Shown here: piece after piece, positions 41,130 to 55,185 of the stretch
Numbering within the stretch: position 1 is the first letter of the stretch
Layout: each line of letters starts with the position of its first letter
Assembly: GCA_002269645.1 (NCBI GenBank)
Contig: NIVC01000119.1
Span: forward strand, 297,323 to 361,322
Origin: Macrostomum lignano
Taxonomy: Eukaryota
Reading direction: 5' to 3'
Length of the DNA: 64,000 nucleotides
The notes under the pieces: generated by a model
Database searches by the model: none
Seen by the model: only the letters and a program-made list of their open reading frames with translations
Told to the model about the DNA's origin: nothing
Made by a program: the position numbers and the translations under genes

Positions 41130-42349
41130 AGGCGGAGAAGGAGAGGAGAGAGGAGGAGAATGAGAGAAAGAGAGGTGGAGGAGAGGAGAGAGACGTGGAG
41201 AAGAGAACAGGCGAGAGTGTAGAGGGAGGGAAGTGGGGGAAAAGGGCACAGGACGAGAGGAGAGAGGAGAAAGAAGAGAGAAGAGAGAGAGGGGAGAGAG
41301 GTGAGCGGAGAGCCGAGAGGGAGAGAGGAGCAAGAGGCACAGGAGGAGAGGAGAGAGGAGAGAGGAGGAGAGGGCACAGGAGGAGAGGAGAGAGGAGAGA
41401 GGAGAGAGAGGCACAGGAGGAGAGGAGAGAGGAGAGAGGAGAGAGAGGCACAGGAGGAGAAGAGAGGAGAGAGAGGCACAGGAGGAGAGGAGAGAGGAGA
41501 GAGGAGAGAGAGGCACAGGAGGAGAGGAGAGAGGAGAAAGGAGAGAGAGAGAGAGGCACAGGAGGAGAAGAGAGGAGAAAGGAGAGAGAGAGAGGCACAG
41601 GAGGAGAAGAGAGGAGAAAGGAGAGAGAGAGGCACAGGAGGAGAAGAGAGAGGAGAGAGGAGAGGAGAGAGGAGAGAGGAGAGAGGCACAGGAGGAGAAG
41701 AGAGAGGAGAGAGGAGAGGAGAGAGGAGAGAGGAGAGAGAGGCACAGGAGGAGAGAGAGAGAGAGAGGAGAGAGAGGCACAGGAGGAGAGGAGAGAAGCT
41801 GTGGCGAACTATAGCTTCCTCTAGAAAGTAAAATATGTTTTTCTGCATAATGTTTATAAAATAGATCAAAAGAACTGTCAACACGAGTGCGTGACGAAAC
41901 TAATTATTGAATCATAAATCATAACAGCCGTCTCTTAGCCTTTATTTCGCTTTGGTAGTACAGTAGTATTAATAATATTCCCGTATGCTGAGAAATTAAT
42001 GCGGATTATGATTTGAGACGTGCTAATCTCAGAGAGCAAAAACCCAGTCGGCCTCTAAGACTCTTACTCTTTACTATACTTCATAAAACACTCGAATTGG
42101 GGTAGGTAACTATGGGAAATGCGTTAAGAGAGACTGTGTGAATTACAGTTATGGTTATTATTGCAAGCTTGCGTTATGCATGTGTCCATCTGTGTGTGCG
42201 CTCCTCTTTTGGTTTCTTTTGGGGCATCAGACGAAGGGTTTTGTCTGGAAAATTAAATTAGCGAGGTTTTATACGCATATTGCGTGGTATATGGCATGCA
42301 GTCACGTGATGGGGTGGAGAATGCGATTCGTGATCGTGCCAAGAGTAAT

Positions 42350-42406
<57 letters not shown>

Positions 42407-42472
42407 AGAAGAGATGGAGAGAGAGTAGAGAGAGAGTAGAGTGAGAGTAGAGAGTTGTGAGAGTGGAGAGAG

Positions 42473-42525
<53 letters not shown>

Positions 42526-44128
42526 AGGCAGGGTGGGAGGAGATGGAAGAGAGGGAGAGAGAGAGGGAGAGAGAGAGAGAGGCAGGAGGAGGAGGAGAGA
42601 GGAAGAGAGGGAGAGAGGAGAGAGGAGAGAGAGGCACAGGAGGAGAGGAGAGAGGAGAGGAGAGAGAGAGAGAGAGGAGAGAGAGAGAGGAGAGAGAGAG
42701 GAGAGAGGAGGAGAGAGGAGGAGAGAGAGGCAGGGGAGGAGGGAGAGGAAGAGAGAGAGAGAGGAAGAGAGAGGAGAAGAGAGAGAGAGAGAGGAGAGAG
42801 GGAGAGAGAGAGGAGAGAGGAGAGAGAGGCACAGGAGGAGAGGAGAGAGGAGAGAGAGGCACAGGAGGAGAGGAGAGAGGAGAGAGTAGAGAGAGGCACA
42901 GGAGGAGGGAGAGAGAGAGGAGAGAGAGAGGGAGGAGAGAGAGAGGGAGAGAGAGAGAGGAGAGAGAGGCAGGGGGAGGAGAGGAGAGAGAGGAGGGAGA
43001 GAGAGAGGAGAGAGAGGCACAGGAGGGAGAGGAAGAGAGGAGAGAGAGGAGAGGGGAGAAGTCACAGACTGGCAGAGGAGGAGAGAGAGAGGAGAGCAAG
43101 AGAGAGGAGAGGAGAGACACAGGACAGAGAGAGAGAGACACAGGAGAGAGGGCCGACAGAGAGAGGAGAGAGAGAGAGAGGCACGGGCACAGGAGAGAGG
43201 AGAGAAGAGGACACAGGAGGGAGAGAGATAGAGGAAGAGAGGAGGGAGAGAGAGGACAGAGAGAGGCAGAGGGAGAGAGAGGCACAGGAGGAGAGGAGAG
43301 AGAGGCACAGGAGGAGAGGAGAGAGAGGCACAGGAGGAGAGGAGAGAGAGGCACAGGAGGAGAGGAGAGAGGAGAGAGAGGCACAGGAGGAGAGGAGAGA
43401 GAGGCACAGGAGGAGAGGAGAGAGAGGCACAGGAGGAGAGGAGAGAGAGGCACAGGAGGAGAGGAGAGAGAGGCACAGGAGGAGAGGAGAGAGAGGCACA
43501 GGAGGAGAGGAGAGAGAGGCACAGGAGGAGAGGAGAGAGAGGCACAGGAGGAGAGGAGAGAGAGGCACAGGAGGAGAGGAGAGAAGCTGTGGCGAACTAT
43601 AGCTTCCTCTAGAAAGTAAAATATGTTTTTCTGCATAATGTTTATAAAAATAGATCAAAAGAACTGTCAACACGAGTGCGTGACGAAACTAATTATTGAA
43701 TCATAAATCATAACAGCCGTCTCTTAGCCCTTTATTTCGCTTTGGTAGTACAGTAGTATTAATAATATTCCCGTATGCTGAGAAATTAATGCGGATTGTG
43801 ATTTGAGACGTGCTAATCTCAGAAAGCAAAAACCCAGTCGGTCTCTAAGACTCTTTACTCTTTACCATACTTAGGTATAGTAACTATGGAAAATGCGTTA
43901 AGAGAGACTGTGTGAATTACAGTTATGGTTAATTTATTGCAAGCTTGCGTTATGCATGTGTCCATCTGTGTGTGCGCTCCTCTTTTTGGTTTCTTTTGGG
44001 GGGCCTCAGACGAAGGGTTTGTCTGGAAAATTAAATTAGCGAGGTTTTATACGCATATTGCGTGGTATATGGCATGCAGTCACGTGATGGGGTGGAGAAT
44101 GCGATTCGTGATCGTGCCAAGAGTAATT

Positions 44129-44197
<69 letters not shown>

Positions 44198-44262
44198 AGA
44201 GAGATGGAGAGAGAGTAGAGAGAGAGTAGAGTGAGAGTAGAGAGTTGTGAGAGTGGAGAGAG

Positions 44263-44323
<61 letters not shown>

Positions 44324-45170
44324 CAGGGTGGGAGGGAGATGGAAGAGAGGAGAGAGAAGGGAGTGAGAGAGAGGCAGGTGGGAGGGAGATGGAAGAGAGG
44401 AGAGAGAGAGAGAGTGAGTGAGAGAAAGGCAGGGTGGGAGGGAGATGGAAGAGAGGGAGAGAGAGAGTGAGTGAGAGAGGGAGGGTGGGAGGGAGATGGA
44501 AGAGAGGGAGAGAGAGTGAGTGAGAGAGAGGCAGGGTGGGAGGGAGATGGAAGAGAGGAGAGAGAGAGTGAGTGAGAGAGAGGGAGGGTGGGAGGGAGAT
44601 GGAAGAGAGGGAGAGAGAGAATGAGTGAGAGAGAGGGAGGGTGGAGGGAGATGGAAGAGAGGGAGAGTGAGAGAGAGAGAGAGGGAGAGAGAGAGTGAGA
44701 GAGAGGCAGGGTGGGAGGGAGATGGAAGAGAGGGAGAGAGAGAGAGAGTGAGAGAGAGGCAGGGTGGGAGGGAGATGGAAGAGAGGGAGAGAGAGAGTGA
44801 GTGAGAGAGAGGCAGGGTGGGAGGGAGATGGAAGAGAGGGAGAGAGAGAGAGAGTGAGAGAGAGGCAGGGTGGGAGGGAGATGGAAGAGAGGGAGAGAGA
44901 GAGAGGGAGAGAGAGAGGAGGGTGGGAGGGAGATGGAAGAGAGGGAGAGAGAGAGTGAGTGAGAGAGAGGGAGGGTGGGAGGGAGATGGAAGAGAGAGAG
45001 GGAGAGAGAGAGTGAGAGAGAGGCAGGGTGGGAGGGAGATGGAAGAGAGAGAGGGAGAGAGAGAGTGAGAGAGAGGCAGGGTGGGAGGGAGATGGAAGAG
45101 AGGGAGAGAGAGAGAGAGAGGGAGAGAGAGAGTGAGAGAGAGGCAGGGTGGGAGGGAGATGGAAGAGAGG

Positions 45171-45201
<31 letters not shown>

Positions 45202-45399
45202 GTGAGAGAGAGGCAGGGTGGGAGGGAGATGGAAGAGAGAGAGGGAGAGAGAGAGTGAGAGAGAGGCAGGGTGGGAGGGAGATGGAAGAGAGGGAGAGAG
45301 AGAGGGAGTGAGAGAGAGGCAGGGTGGGAGGGAGATGGAAGAGAGGGAGAGAGAGAGTGAGTGAGAGAGAGGCAGGGTGGGAGGGAGATGGAAGAGAGG

Positions 45400-45435
<36 letters not shown>

Positions 45436-46520
45436 GTGAGAGAGAGGCAGGGTGGGAGGGAGATGGAAGAGAGGGAGAGAGAGAGAGAGAGTGAGAGAGA
45501 GGCAGGGTGGGAGGGAGATGGAAGAGAGGGAGAGAGAGAGTGAGTGAGAGAGAGGCAGAGTGGGAGGGAGATGGAAGAGAGGGAGAGAGCGAGCGGGGAC
45601 AAGTCAAACAGCGCACTGCAGTTTCAGCTCCGCAGTGAGCATGAAAGCCGCTGTGCAGGAAACCTGCAGAGATGTGTCTAGACTGACACATTATTCAAAC
45701 AAATTAAACTCAGACAGACCTCCTATATTCTCCAGCATTGTCATTTCCACGTTTTGTCTTGCCGAACACTGCAATTCCCAATTTGTGAATCTCTATTGAG
45801 AAATTTCACGGTGCACTCTTAACATACCGCAGATGCTCATGCAAGAGGGTTCTCACAGCGTTTTTAGCGCGCGAACACTCCGATAGCTGCATTGCTGCTA
45901 AGGAAGTTTCCAGCGTAGATTTTGCACTTGCAGCTGAGCAAATCTGAGCATTTTAACTGTGTGACTCTGGTCTCTCCATGTCTCTCTTGCCGCACTGTTT
46001 TATAAGTTGATTTTTTGTTTGCCAAGTTGACTCCTGGTGGCGCTGCCGTGAATATTTGCGCGTTTTTTTCCAAACTGCTTCTTTGTCAAGTTGTAGCGGC
46101 GCCAGTTGCATTGATTTACTCTGATTTATAAAGATATGAATCTTTTGATTTTCAAGACTAAACTGCTTTTGTAGGGGAAGGCTGTTGGAGCAGGGAGAGT
46201 GGGGGGAGAGGGAGAGAGTAGGAGAGGAGAGAGGGAGAGTAGGAGAGGTGAGAGGGAGAGTGGGAGGGGAGAGAGGGCGAGTGAGAGAGGAGTGAGAGTG
46301 AGAGAGGATCGAGAGAGGGAGAGTGAGAGAGGAGTGAGAGTGAGAGAGGATCGAGAGAGGGAGAGTGAGAGAAGAGGGGGGAGTGAGAGAGAATAGAGAG
46401 AGAGTGGAAGAGGAGACAAGAAGAGTGAGAGAGGACAGAGAGTGCAGGAGAGGAGAGAGGGAGAGTTGAAGAGGGGAGGGGGAGAGTGAAAGAAAAGAAA
46501 GGGAGATAGGAGGCAGGGAG
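41130..46520. repeat. GA-rich purine arrays interleaved with a duplicated ~550-bp unique block (41793-42350 and 43581-44128)
   Basis: Both blocks begin gagaagctgtggcgaactatagc and end gccaagagtaattgg; offset 1788 bp. Confidence 0.92.
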
Positions 46521-47174
46521 GTCAAAAAGGGGTAGCGAAACAGAGGGCATAAATAAGCAATTTTAAACAAAAAACTATGTCCACCGCCCACACTTGAAGA
46601 CCCAGCAGAATGCAGTATTGAGTAATACACAGTCAGCAAGCCAGAATCATCCAGACCTCATCGTTTCCATGCAACTTCGCTTTAAGAGTTTCGAATTTTT
46701 GTAAATTCTGTTAGAGAATACAGCCCGAGCAGCACGCAAAAAAACTTCGTTGTGGTTTGCAGAAAAAATTTTTTGGCGATCCTCCCTCAGGGACCCCAAG
46801 GCCGCGCGCGGCCTGGGAAGCGCAAACTCATCACTTTTTAATCCTTCGGCTCTTCTCTCGGATCGGATGGCTCCAGCCTCTCTCCCCGCTCTCTCTCTCA
46901 GTCAGGCTCTGCTTAAGGCTTTAATTTTGCCGGCAGAAATTGAAGCCGTTTGCGGGGTTAGGCTTTAGCAAATAGAATTTCCCTAGCCGCATAGAAGAGG
47001 AAGGGAAAATTAGGGGATGATAGCATTTTTCGGGAGACAAAAAATTTCATGTTGGACATCGCACGCAACGTCGGCTGGGGGGAGTCGGCAAAGCAAGACT
47101 GTGGATGGAGGGGATTTGGGAAACAGTTGTTGCTGACCTGAATAATGCGTCCTCTTTATTGGTTTGTGTGTCTT

Positions 47175-47620
47175 CCGGCTCTGTGAGATGTGTCACATCA
47201 GGCTCTGTGAGATGTGTCACTTCCGGCTCTGTGAGATGTGTCACATCAGGCTCTGTGAGATGTGTCACTTCAGGCTCTGTGAGATGTGTCACATCAGGCT
47301 CTGTGAGATGTGTCACTTCCGGCTCTGTGAGATGTGTCACTTCAGGCTCTGTGAGATGTGTCACATCAGGCTCTGTGAGATGTGTCACTTCCGGCTCTGT
47401 GAGATGTATCACATCAGGCTCTGTGAGATGTGTCACTTCCGGCTCTGTGAGATGTGTCACTTCCGGCTCTGTGTAATCTGAGGCTTCAGGCTCTGTGTAA
47501 TCTGAGGCTTCAGGCTCTGTGTAATTTGAGACTTCAGGCTCTGTGTAATCTGAGGCTTCAGGCTCTGTGTAATTTGAGACTTCAGGCTCTGTGTAATCTG
47601 AGGCTTCAGGCTCTGTGGTT
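47175..47620. repeat. Two adjacent related 24-bp minisatellites
   Basis: ggctctgtgagatgtgtcacttcc followed by ggctctgtgtaatctgaggcttca. Confidence 0.94.
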
Positions 47621-48014
47621 TAGCGTCAATGCCTAATTCTGTTTTATTTAAAAGAAAGCAGTTTTACTAATGTGTTTGGCAAAATAAGTACACGCATTTT
47701 CTATTCTCTGTGAGTAAGCTGTCATTGCAAAGAACTCACAGAAATCCGCAAGTGCTTAAAACGTTTCTACTCCAATGCTTTCATAGCCAACTAACTATTG
47801 TAAAAGCCTAGTTACGAGCGTAATCTATTGCCAGTGCATTTAGCAAGTTCCACTGACACTGACCCCAGCACTTTCGCAAAAGTACATGTATCTATGCCAA
47901 TAATCAATTCTTATGCGTATGGCCTTGGAAGCAGGGACTTAAGGATTTTTCGATTGGTGATGGGGGAACATAAAAGACATACATTTTTTGCCGGCCTGTT
48001 TTATTATTGTGCCA

Positions 48015-48395
48015 TCAAAATGGCAATTATTAAAATGTCAGTTATAAAAATGGCAGATATCAAAATGGCAGCTATCAAAATGGCAGTTATAAAAATGGCA
48101 GCTATCAAAATGGCAGCTATCAAAATGGCAGCTATCAAAATGGCAGCTATCAAAATGGCAGTTATAAAAATGGCAGCTAACAAAATGGCAGCTATCAAAA
48201 TGGCAGCTATCAAAATGGCAGTTATAAAAATGGCAGCTAACAAAATGGCAGCTATCAAAATGGCAGCTATCAAAATGGCAGCTATCAAAATGGCAGCTAT
48301 CAAAATGGCAGCTATCAAAATGGCAGCTATCAAAATGGCAGCTATCAAAATGGCAGCTATCAAAATGGCAGCTATCAAAATGGTAGCTATCAAAG
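48015..48395. repeat. 15-bp minisatellite (caaaatggcagctat), about 25 copies
   Basis: Direct tandem units. Confidence 0.95.
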
Positions 48396-48967
48396 TGACT
48401 TAAAGTGATTCTACTGCAATCAAAAATAGGTATTTTCAAGTTTTTAGTCTGCAAAATCTGTAAAAACACGAAAAAGTTCCTGCTAAAATCCCTGGCTGAC
48501 AAAGGAGGTCATTGTCCCAAAGCGAATCAAGGAGAGCAGCTTTTGCAGTTAATAACCCACTGCCATTTGCCAGTCCAGCTACAGACAGTTGCAGAGCTGA
48601 CTGGGGGTCCTCTAACGCGCATCCAAGGACCATCGAAATCTACGGACCAATGGGAGCGCTACTCATGGCCGACCTTGGGCCGCAAAGGAACCCCAGCCAA
48701 CATCCAATCCAATGACTGCTCAGTCAAGCTCTGCTGCAAACGCTCCTTCCTCCCCTCCGGTTGCAGTAAAGACAGACGAACGGACGAAAGCAGCCAGACA
48801 GGCTTTACTTTCTTAGAAATCCCTCAATAGATTGCTTGCGCTATCTGCCTCTGGAGCATCTGGTGCCCGCAGCAAACTATAAGCCAATTTGCCGGATGTA
48901 GAATTTCGCCTAATCTGGGGATCAATCAGTCAACAGCTGTGATGAAGAACACGCTGCATATGATGCG

Positions 48968-50735
48968 ATGCGGCAACTTGATGGCGGCAGCAATGGCGCC
49001 TGGGCTGGGGCCTTGCGCTACGAATATTGGGCTGAACAACCTGCAGCAGCAGCAGCAACAGCAAGGAGCCCAAGAAGAGCAGCAGGGCAATCCGAACGCC
49101 CCGGCAACGGCGGAGGCAGTCGAATACCCAGACGTCGCGAGGTGATGCTTCGCGGTTACATCAACCACTTCACCAGCGGTACGACGGCTCACGGGCTGAA
49201 TCGGGTGAACGCCGAACAGAGCTGGGTTCGCATGGTCTGGGTTGGCATCGTCCTCGCAGCCTCATTTGGCGCCATCGTTCACACTACAAAGCAGGTGAAA
49301 ACCTACCTGCAATATCCCGTCAGTAGTACAAATCGTCAAGAGCCGAATTCGTTCGAGTTTCCCGATTTGACATTCTGCGATCCGCTTAATAAGCGCTTCT
49401 TTCACAAGAATGTAATTAGTTACGCGCGCGAGGTCGACGTGTACGATGAGGCGCACATGATCTACGGCCTCGTCTACAGCCACTTCCGCACAGATTCGGA
49501 CTGGCGCAAGGAGCGGCGCGCGATCGAGCTCATCTACAACGCTCTGGAGCACTTACTGAACATTACCGACGTCAACATCCGCCCAATGGATGTTGTACTC
49601 TACTGCACATTCGACGGCGAACCGTGCAGTCACACGGATTTTCACGTGTTCTACCACCGGCTGTACACCAACTGCTTCACGTTCAAGCCGAAGCAGCGCA
49701 GCCTCCGGAGCAGCGGCATGGACCGCGGACTTTTCCTACTGCTGTACGTACCGTCAGCCGACGTCAACCTCAAACTGGACAGCTTGGCCAGGCTGGCGTC
49801 TGGTCTGGAGAACAACGGCATCCGGTTTCAGATTCACCAGCGGGACACGATCCCGCACCCGCTGGAGTACGGCATCATGGCTCCGACCGGCACCCTGACA
49901 GCGGTTGGACTCGAACAAGTGCGCACCTCCCTGGCTGACACGCCCACGAATCCGTGCGTTCGCGACACAAAGCTTCGGCTATTTGATAATCAGTTCAACT
50001 TTATGCGACAGTATGACAGACAGCTGTTCGACTGTATCAAGCACCAGTACATGCGCGAAGTTCGCAAACAGTGCGGCTGCACTTTAGAGAGTCACGTGAT
50101 CGCCGAGGAGGGCTTCGATCCTCGCGAAGTCGTGTTCTGTCACGATCTGATCAGCGCGAAGAACGCTACGAGAGTTGGAGCGCTCACCAAGCTCTACAAT
50201 GAACTGAAGAATGTCACGAATACAGCGGGTCTTCACGGCCACATCAAGCTGGGGCTGCTCATGCGTCAGAACGACGCTGAGTTGAACGCTTCGCTGGACA
50301 GAATGATCTGCTCCGATAGCGTCTCGGAGAGTGCGGCCCGGCCGGAGCGCTGCTACGATTCGTGCAACTACAACAAATACGAGTACAGCCTGTCTCAGTG
50401 CCCTTGGCCGGAGGACTCGTTCGAGGTGCGCAACTCGCAGATCCAGATGGTGAAGATTGCGCAAATGCTGGAAGATTATAAACTGCGGTACGGTTCGGCC
50501 GATCCCGAGACCGCTCTAGCCGGACTCATGCGGAAGAGCAGTCTCAACATTAGCAGCTGTTTGACCCACGATACGCAAAAAATGCAGGTGCCAGACAAGG
50601 TTGACTGTCATCGGGTGCAGCTGTTTGTAAGAAGATCTGTTGTGCAGCTCCGCGTCTACCCGGAGACGCTGACTGTGCGTCATACGATTGAGGAGCGCAG
50701 CTACGAGCTGGTGAACCTGTGCTCAGAGCTCGGCG
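48968..50735 (+). CDS. DEG/ENaC-family (FaNaC-like) channel, large exon: N-terminus, TM1, whole ectodomain; true start codon uncertain
   Basis: Pre-M1 TTAHGL, TM1, YLQYP, FPDLTFC, Cys-rich thumb (CGC...C...C...C), YEYSLSQCPWP, YELVNLCSELG|G; donor GTGAGT at 50736. Confidence 0.92.
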
Positions 50736-50739
50736 GTGA

Positions 50740-51745
50740 GTCTGTGTGTGGGACTATAGAATGCCGAATCTAAATGTCTGTGTGTGGGACTATAGAATGC
50801 CGAATCTAAATGTCTGTGTGTGGGACTATAGAATGCCGAATCTTAATGTCTGTGTGTGGGACTATAGAATGCCGAATCTAAATGTCTGTGTGTGGGACTA
50901 TAGAATGCCGAATCTAAATGTGTCTGTGTGGGGCTATAGAATGCCGAATCTAAATGTCTGTGTGGGACTATAGAATGCCGAATCTAAATGTCTGTGTGGG
51001 ACTATAGAATGCCGAATCTAAATGTCTGTGTGGGACTATAGAATGCCGAATCTAAATGTCTGTGTGGGACTATAGAATGCCGAATCTAAATGTCTGTGTG
51101 GGACTATAGAATGCCGAATCTAAATGTCTGCGTGTGGGACTATAGAATGCCGAATCTAAATGTCTGTGTGTGGGACCATAGAATTCCGAATCTAAATGTC
51201 TGTGTGTGGGACTATAGAATGCCGAATCTAAATGTGTGTGGGACTATAGAATGCCGAATCTAAATGTCTGTGTGTGAGACTATAGAATGCCGAATCTAAA
51301 TGTCTGTGTGGGACTATAGAATGCCGAATCTAAATGTCTGTGTGGGACTATAGAATGCCGAATCTAAATGTCTGTGTGTGGGACTATAGAATGCCGAATC
51401 TAAATGTCTGTGTGTGGGACTATAGAATGCCGAATCTTAATGTCTGTGTGTGGGACTATATAATGCCGAATCTAAATGTGTGTGGGACTATAGAATGCCG
51501 AATCTAAATGTCTGTGTGGGATTATAGAATGCCGAATCTAAATGTCTGTGTGGGACTATAGAATGCCGAATCTAAATGTCTGTGTGTGGGACTATAGAAT
51601 GCTGAATCTTAATGTCTGTGTGGGACTATAGAATGCCGAATCTAAATGTCTGCGTGTGGGACTATAGAATGCCGAATCTAAATGTCTGCGTGTGGGACTA
51701 TAGAATGCCGAATCTAAATGTCTGTGTGTGGGACCATAGAATTCC
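50740..51745. repeat. 34-36-bp minisatellite starting at the channel splice donor
   Basis: gtctgtgtgtgggactatagaatgccgaatctaaat units. Confidence 0.95.
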
Positions 51746-52449
51746 GATTATTGGACTGCATAAATCTTTGAAATATATGTGTCAGAGTTCACTGAATAAT
51801 GATTTAAGATATCGTAAAAAGTTAGCGAAACCTTCACAATAATTCAAGTGAAAATTCGAACAAAGAACTCAAATTTAACGATTCGCATTGAGATAATTTA
51901 AACTCAAGCTCTGCCTCATACACAGGACGAGAACAATTTTTAATTGCATTGAAATCAATAGTGTCGTGGGGGATAGTGTTACAGCAGAGACCCCATGGCA
52001 AATAGGAAGTCCCAAACTGTCAGCAAGCCCCCTGTGCCTGACAGTCAGCTGCCTCAGAGAAGGCATGTCACAAACAGGAGGCAGTACGCAGCTGGCAGAC
52101 GAGATGAAGAAAACAGGGCCGCTCAAAGTCACGTCTTTCTCATCATCCTTCAAAATAATTTCCTCGCAACAGAATATGGGAAATGTCCGAACGGGAAGGC
52201 GGAACCGAGAATCAGAAGGGGAGTGAGAAGTGGCTTCTAGAGATGAAAACACGTACTCACTAACAACTCGCAAGCCTAGGTGTATGGGAATTTTTATTTT
52301 TAAACATAATAATATTTTTATGTGATTTTGAAGAAACGAACTTTCTTACCCAATTAGATGTTTGATATTTTTAAAGAGCTCAACGCCGATCTCAGCTCAC
52401 ACCTCTATGTCCACTCCGCAATCTCTTGTTGTCACACCTTCACTCTCAT

Positions 52450-53390
52450 CCCGGTAACTCTCATCCCGGTAACTCTCATCCCGGTAACTCTCATCCCGTA
52501 ATTCACACACCGGTGACTCTCCCCCTCGTCACTCTCGCCCTCGTCACTCTCACCCTCGCCACTCTCACCCTCATCACTCTCACCCCGTCACTCTCACCCC
52601 CGTCACTCTCACTCCCGTCACACTCACCCTCGTCACACTCACCCTCGTCACTCTCACCCTCGTCACTCTCACCCCCGTCACTCTCACCCCCGTCACTCTC
52701 ACTCTCGTCACACTCACCCTCGGCACTCTCACTCTCGTCACTCTCACCCTCGTCACCCTCACCCTCATCACTCTCACCCTCGTCACTCTCACCCTCGTCA
52801 CTCTCACCCTCGTCACCCTCACCCTCATCACTTTCACCCTCGTCACTCCCACCCTCGTCACTCTCACCCTCGTCACTCTCACCCTCGTCACTCTCACCCT
52901 CATCACTCTCACCTTCGTCACTCTCACTCCCGTCACTCTCACCCTCATCACTTTCACCCTCGTCACTCTCACTCCCGTCACTCTCACTCTCGTCACACTC
53001 ACCCTCGTCACTCTCACCCTCGTCACTCTCACCCCCGTCACTTTCACCCTCGTCACTCCCACCCTCGTCACTCTCACCCGTCACTCTCACCCTCGTCGCT
53101 CTCACCCTCGTCGCTCTCACCCTCGTCGCTCTCACCCTCGTCGCTCTCACCCTCATCACTCTCACCCCGTCACTCTCACCCTCGTCACTCTCACCCTCGT
53201 CACTCTCACCCTCGTCACTCTCACCCTCGTCACTCTCACCCTCGTCACTCTCACCCCCGTCACTTTCACCCTCGTCGCTCTCACCCTCGTCGCTCTCACC
53301 CTCGTCACTCTCACCCTCATCACTCTCACCCTCATCACTCTCACCCTCGTCACTCTCACCCTCGTCACTCTCACCCTTGTCACTCTCGCA
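52450..53390. repeat. 15-bp minisatellite (ctcgtcactctcacc)
   Basis: Direct tandem units. Confidence 0.95.
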
Positions 53391-54029
53391 CATCAGCTGT
53401 AGTGAGGTTAGACAGAATTAGCGAAGCTGCCGGATGCACAAAGGTCAAGCAGTTTTATTGTCCAAACGCGAAGACTGTAAAAACATCATAGCAGAGTTCT
53501 ACAATGCTGCACGATAAACTAGACTGCGGGCAAAAGACAGAATGTAAAGAACCTCTTTGTTATTCCAAGAGATTCAATGGTTAGCGCAAAGTGCCCCACA
53601 GTGGCTCCCAAATATTTATCCTACCTTGAGGCCTCGGCCCTGCCCTTTGGTCCCAAATTTGATTGTCTCGCGTCAGTGGCAAGCACTTGTGCTCTTGAAG
53701 CTTTACTCTGTGCATATTTGATGCTGCTATGGCACAGCAGACTTATTCTTACTATAGCGGCTTGTCCCGGGTCAGCCTAACCTTCAATTATGCATTAGCG
53801 GCTGAGTACAGCTGCGATAGGGCAGGGGATATCCCTTGGTGCTCAAGTGACGAAGTGCTTTCATAGAAAGTCCGGTGCGCCTCTGTTGTGAGAGATATTG
53901 CTAACTGTAGCGGTTTACTGATAACATTCATAACGAAATAGTTACTATGGGCTTGTAGCTCACCCTATGATCGACCAATCAATCCCCGGGCAATTTTCGC
54001 TCCTCTATCAGACTTCTTCGCTTGCAAGC

Positions 54030-55185
54030 TAGCACCAGGGGCTTTAGCAACAGGGGCTTCAGCACCAGGGGCTTTAGCAACAGGGGCTTTAGCACCAGGG
54101 GCTTTAGCACCAGGGGCTTTAGCACCAGGGGCTTCAGCACCAGGGGCTTTAGCAACAGGGGCTTTAGCAACAGGGGCTTTAGCAACAGGGGCTTTAGCAC
54201 CAGTGGCTTTAGCTCCAGGGGCTTCAGCACCAGAGGCTTTAGCTCCAGGGGCTTCAGCACCAGGGGCTTTAGCACCAGTGGCTTTAGCTCCAGGGGCTTC
54301 AGCACCAGAGGCTTTAGCTCCAGGGGCTTCAGCACCAGGGGCTTTAGCACCAGGGGCTTCAGCACCAGGGGCTTTAGCAACAGGGGCTTTAGCAACAGGG
54401 GCTTTAGCAACAGGGGCTTTAGCACCAGGGGCTTTAGCACCAGGGGCTTTAGCACCAGGGGCTTCAGCACCAGGGGCTTTAGCAACAGGGGCTTTAGTAA
54501 CAGGGGCTTTAGCAACAGGGGCTTTAGGACCAGGGGTTTTGGCACCAGGGGCTTTAGCACCAGGGGCTTTAGCAACAGGGGCTTTAGCACCAGGGGCTTC
54601 AGCACCAGGGGCTTTAGCACCCGGGGCTTTAGCTCCAGGGGCTTCAGCACCAGGGGCTTTAGCTCCAGGGGCTTCAGCACCAGGGGCTTTAACAACAAAG
54701 GCTTTAACACCAGGGGCTTTAGCACCAGGGGCTTTAGGACCAGGGGTTTTGGCACCAGGGGCTTTAGCACCAGGGGCTTTAGCAACAGGGGCTTTAGCAA
54801 CAGGGGCTTTAGCACCAGGGGCTTTAGCAACAGGGGCTTTAGCAACAGGGGCTTTAACAACAGGGGCTTTAGGACCAGGGGCTTTAGCACCAGGGGATTT
54901 AGCACCAGGGGCTTTAGCTACAGGGGCTTTAGCACCAGGGGCTTTAGCAACAGGGGCTTTAGCACCAGGGGCTTTAGCACCAGGGGCTTTAGCTCCAGGG
55001 GCTTCAGCACCAGAGGCTTTAGCTCCAGGGGCTTCAGCACCAGGGGCTTTAGCACCAGGGGCTTCAGCACCAGGGGCTTTAGCAACAGGGGCTTTAGCAC
55101 CAGGGGCTTTAGCAACAGGGGCTTTAGCAACAGGGGCTTTAGCAACAGGGGCTTTAGCACTAGATACTTTAGCACCAGGGGCTTT
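54030..55185. repeat. 15-bp minisatellite (agcaccaggggcttt)
   Basis: Direct tandem units; source of the KAPGA/ALAPG ORFs. Confidence 0.96.

Noticed and set aside
41868-41900. Hammerhead candidate gtca...tgacgaaac (also near 43665-43690)
   Set aside because: No CUGANGA box before the stem. Likewise ctgatgag near 34942 has no downstream GAAA or stem II.
48939-49147. Poly-Q ORF whose TGA overlaps an ATG of the channel frame (TGATG)
   Set aside because: The channel frame is already open from 48914 through this region with a plausible N-terminus, so neither a frameshift nor reinitiation is needed. RNA or Ribo-seq could reopen this.
51875-52273. Non-repetitive ORFs in the channel intron
   Set aside because: No recognisable domain, and three overlapping frames are equally open; cannot support a gene or TE call.
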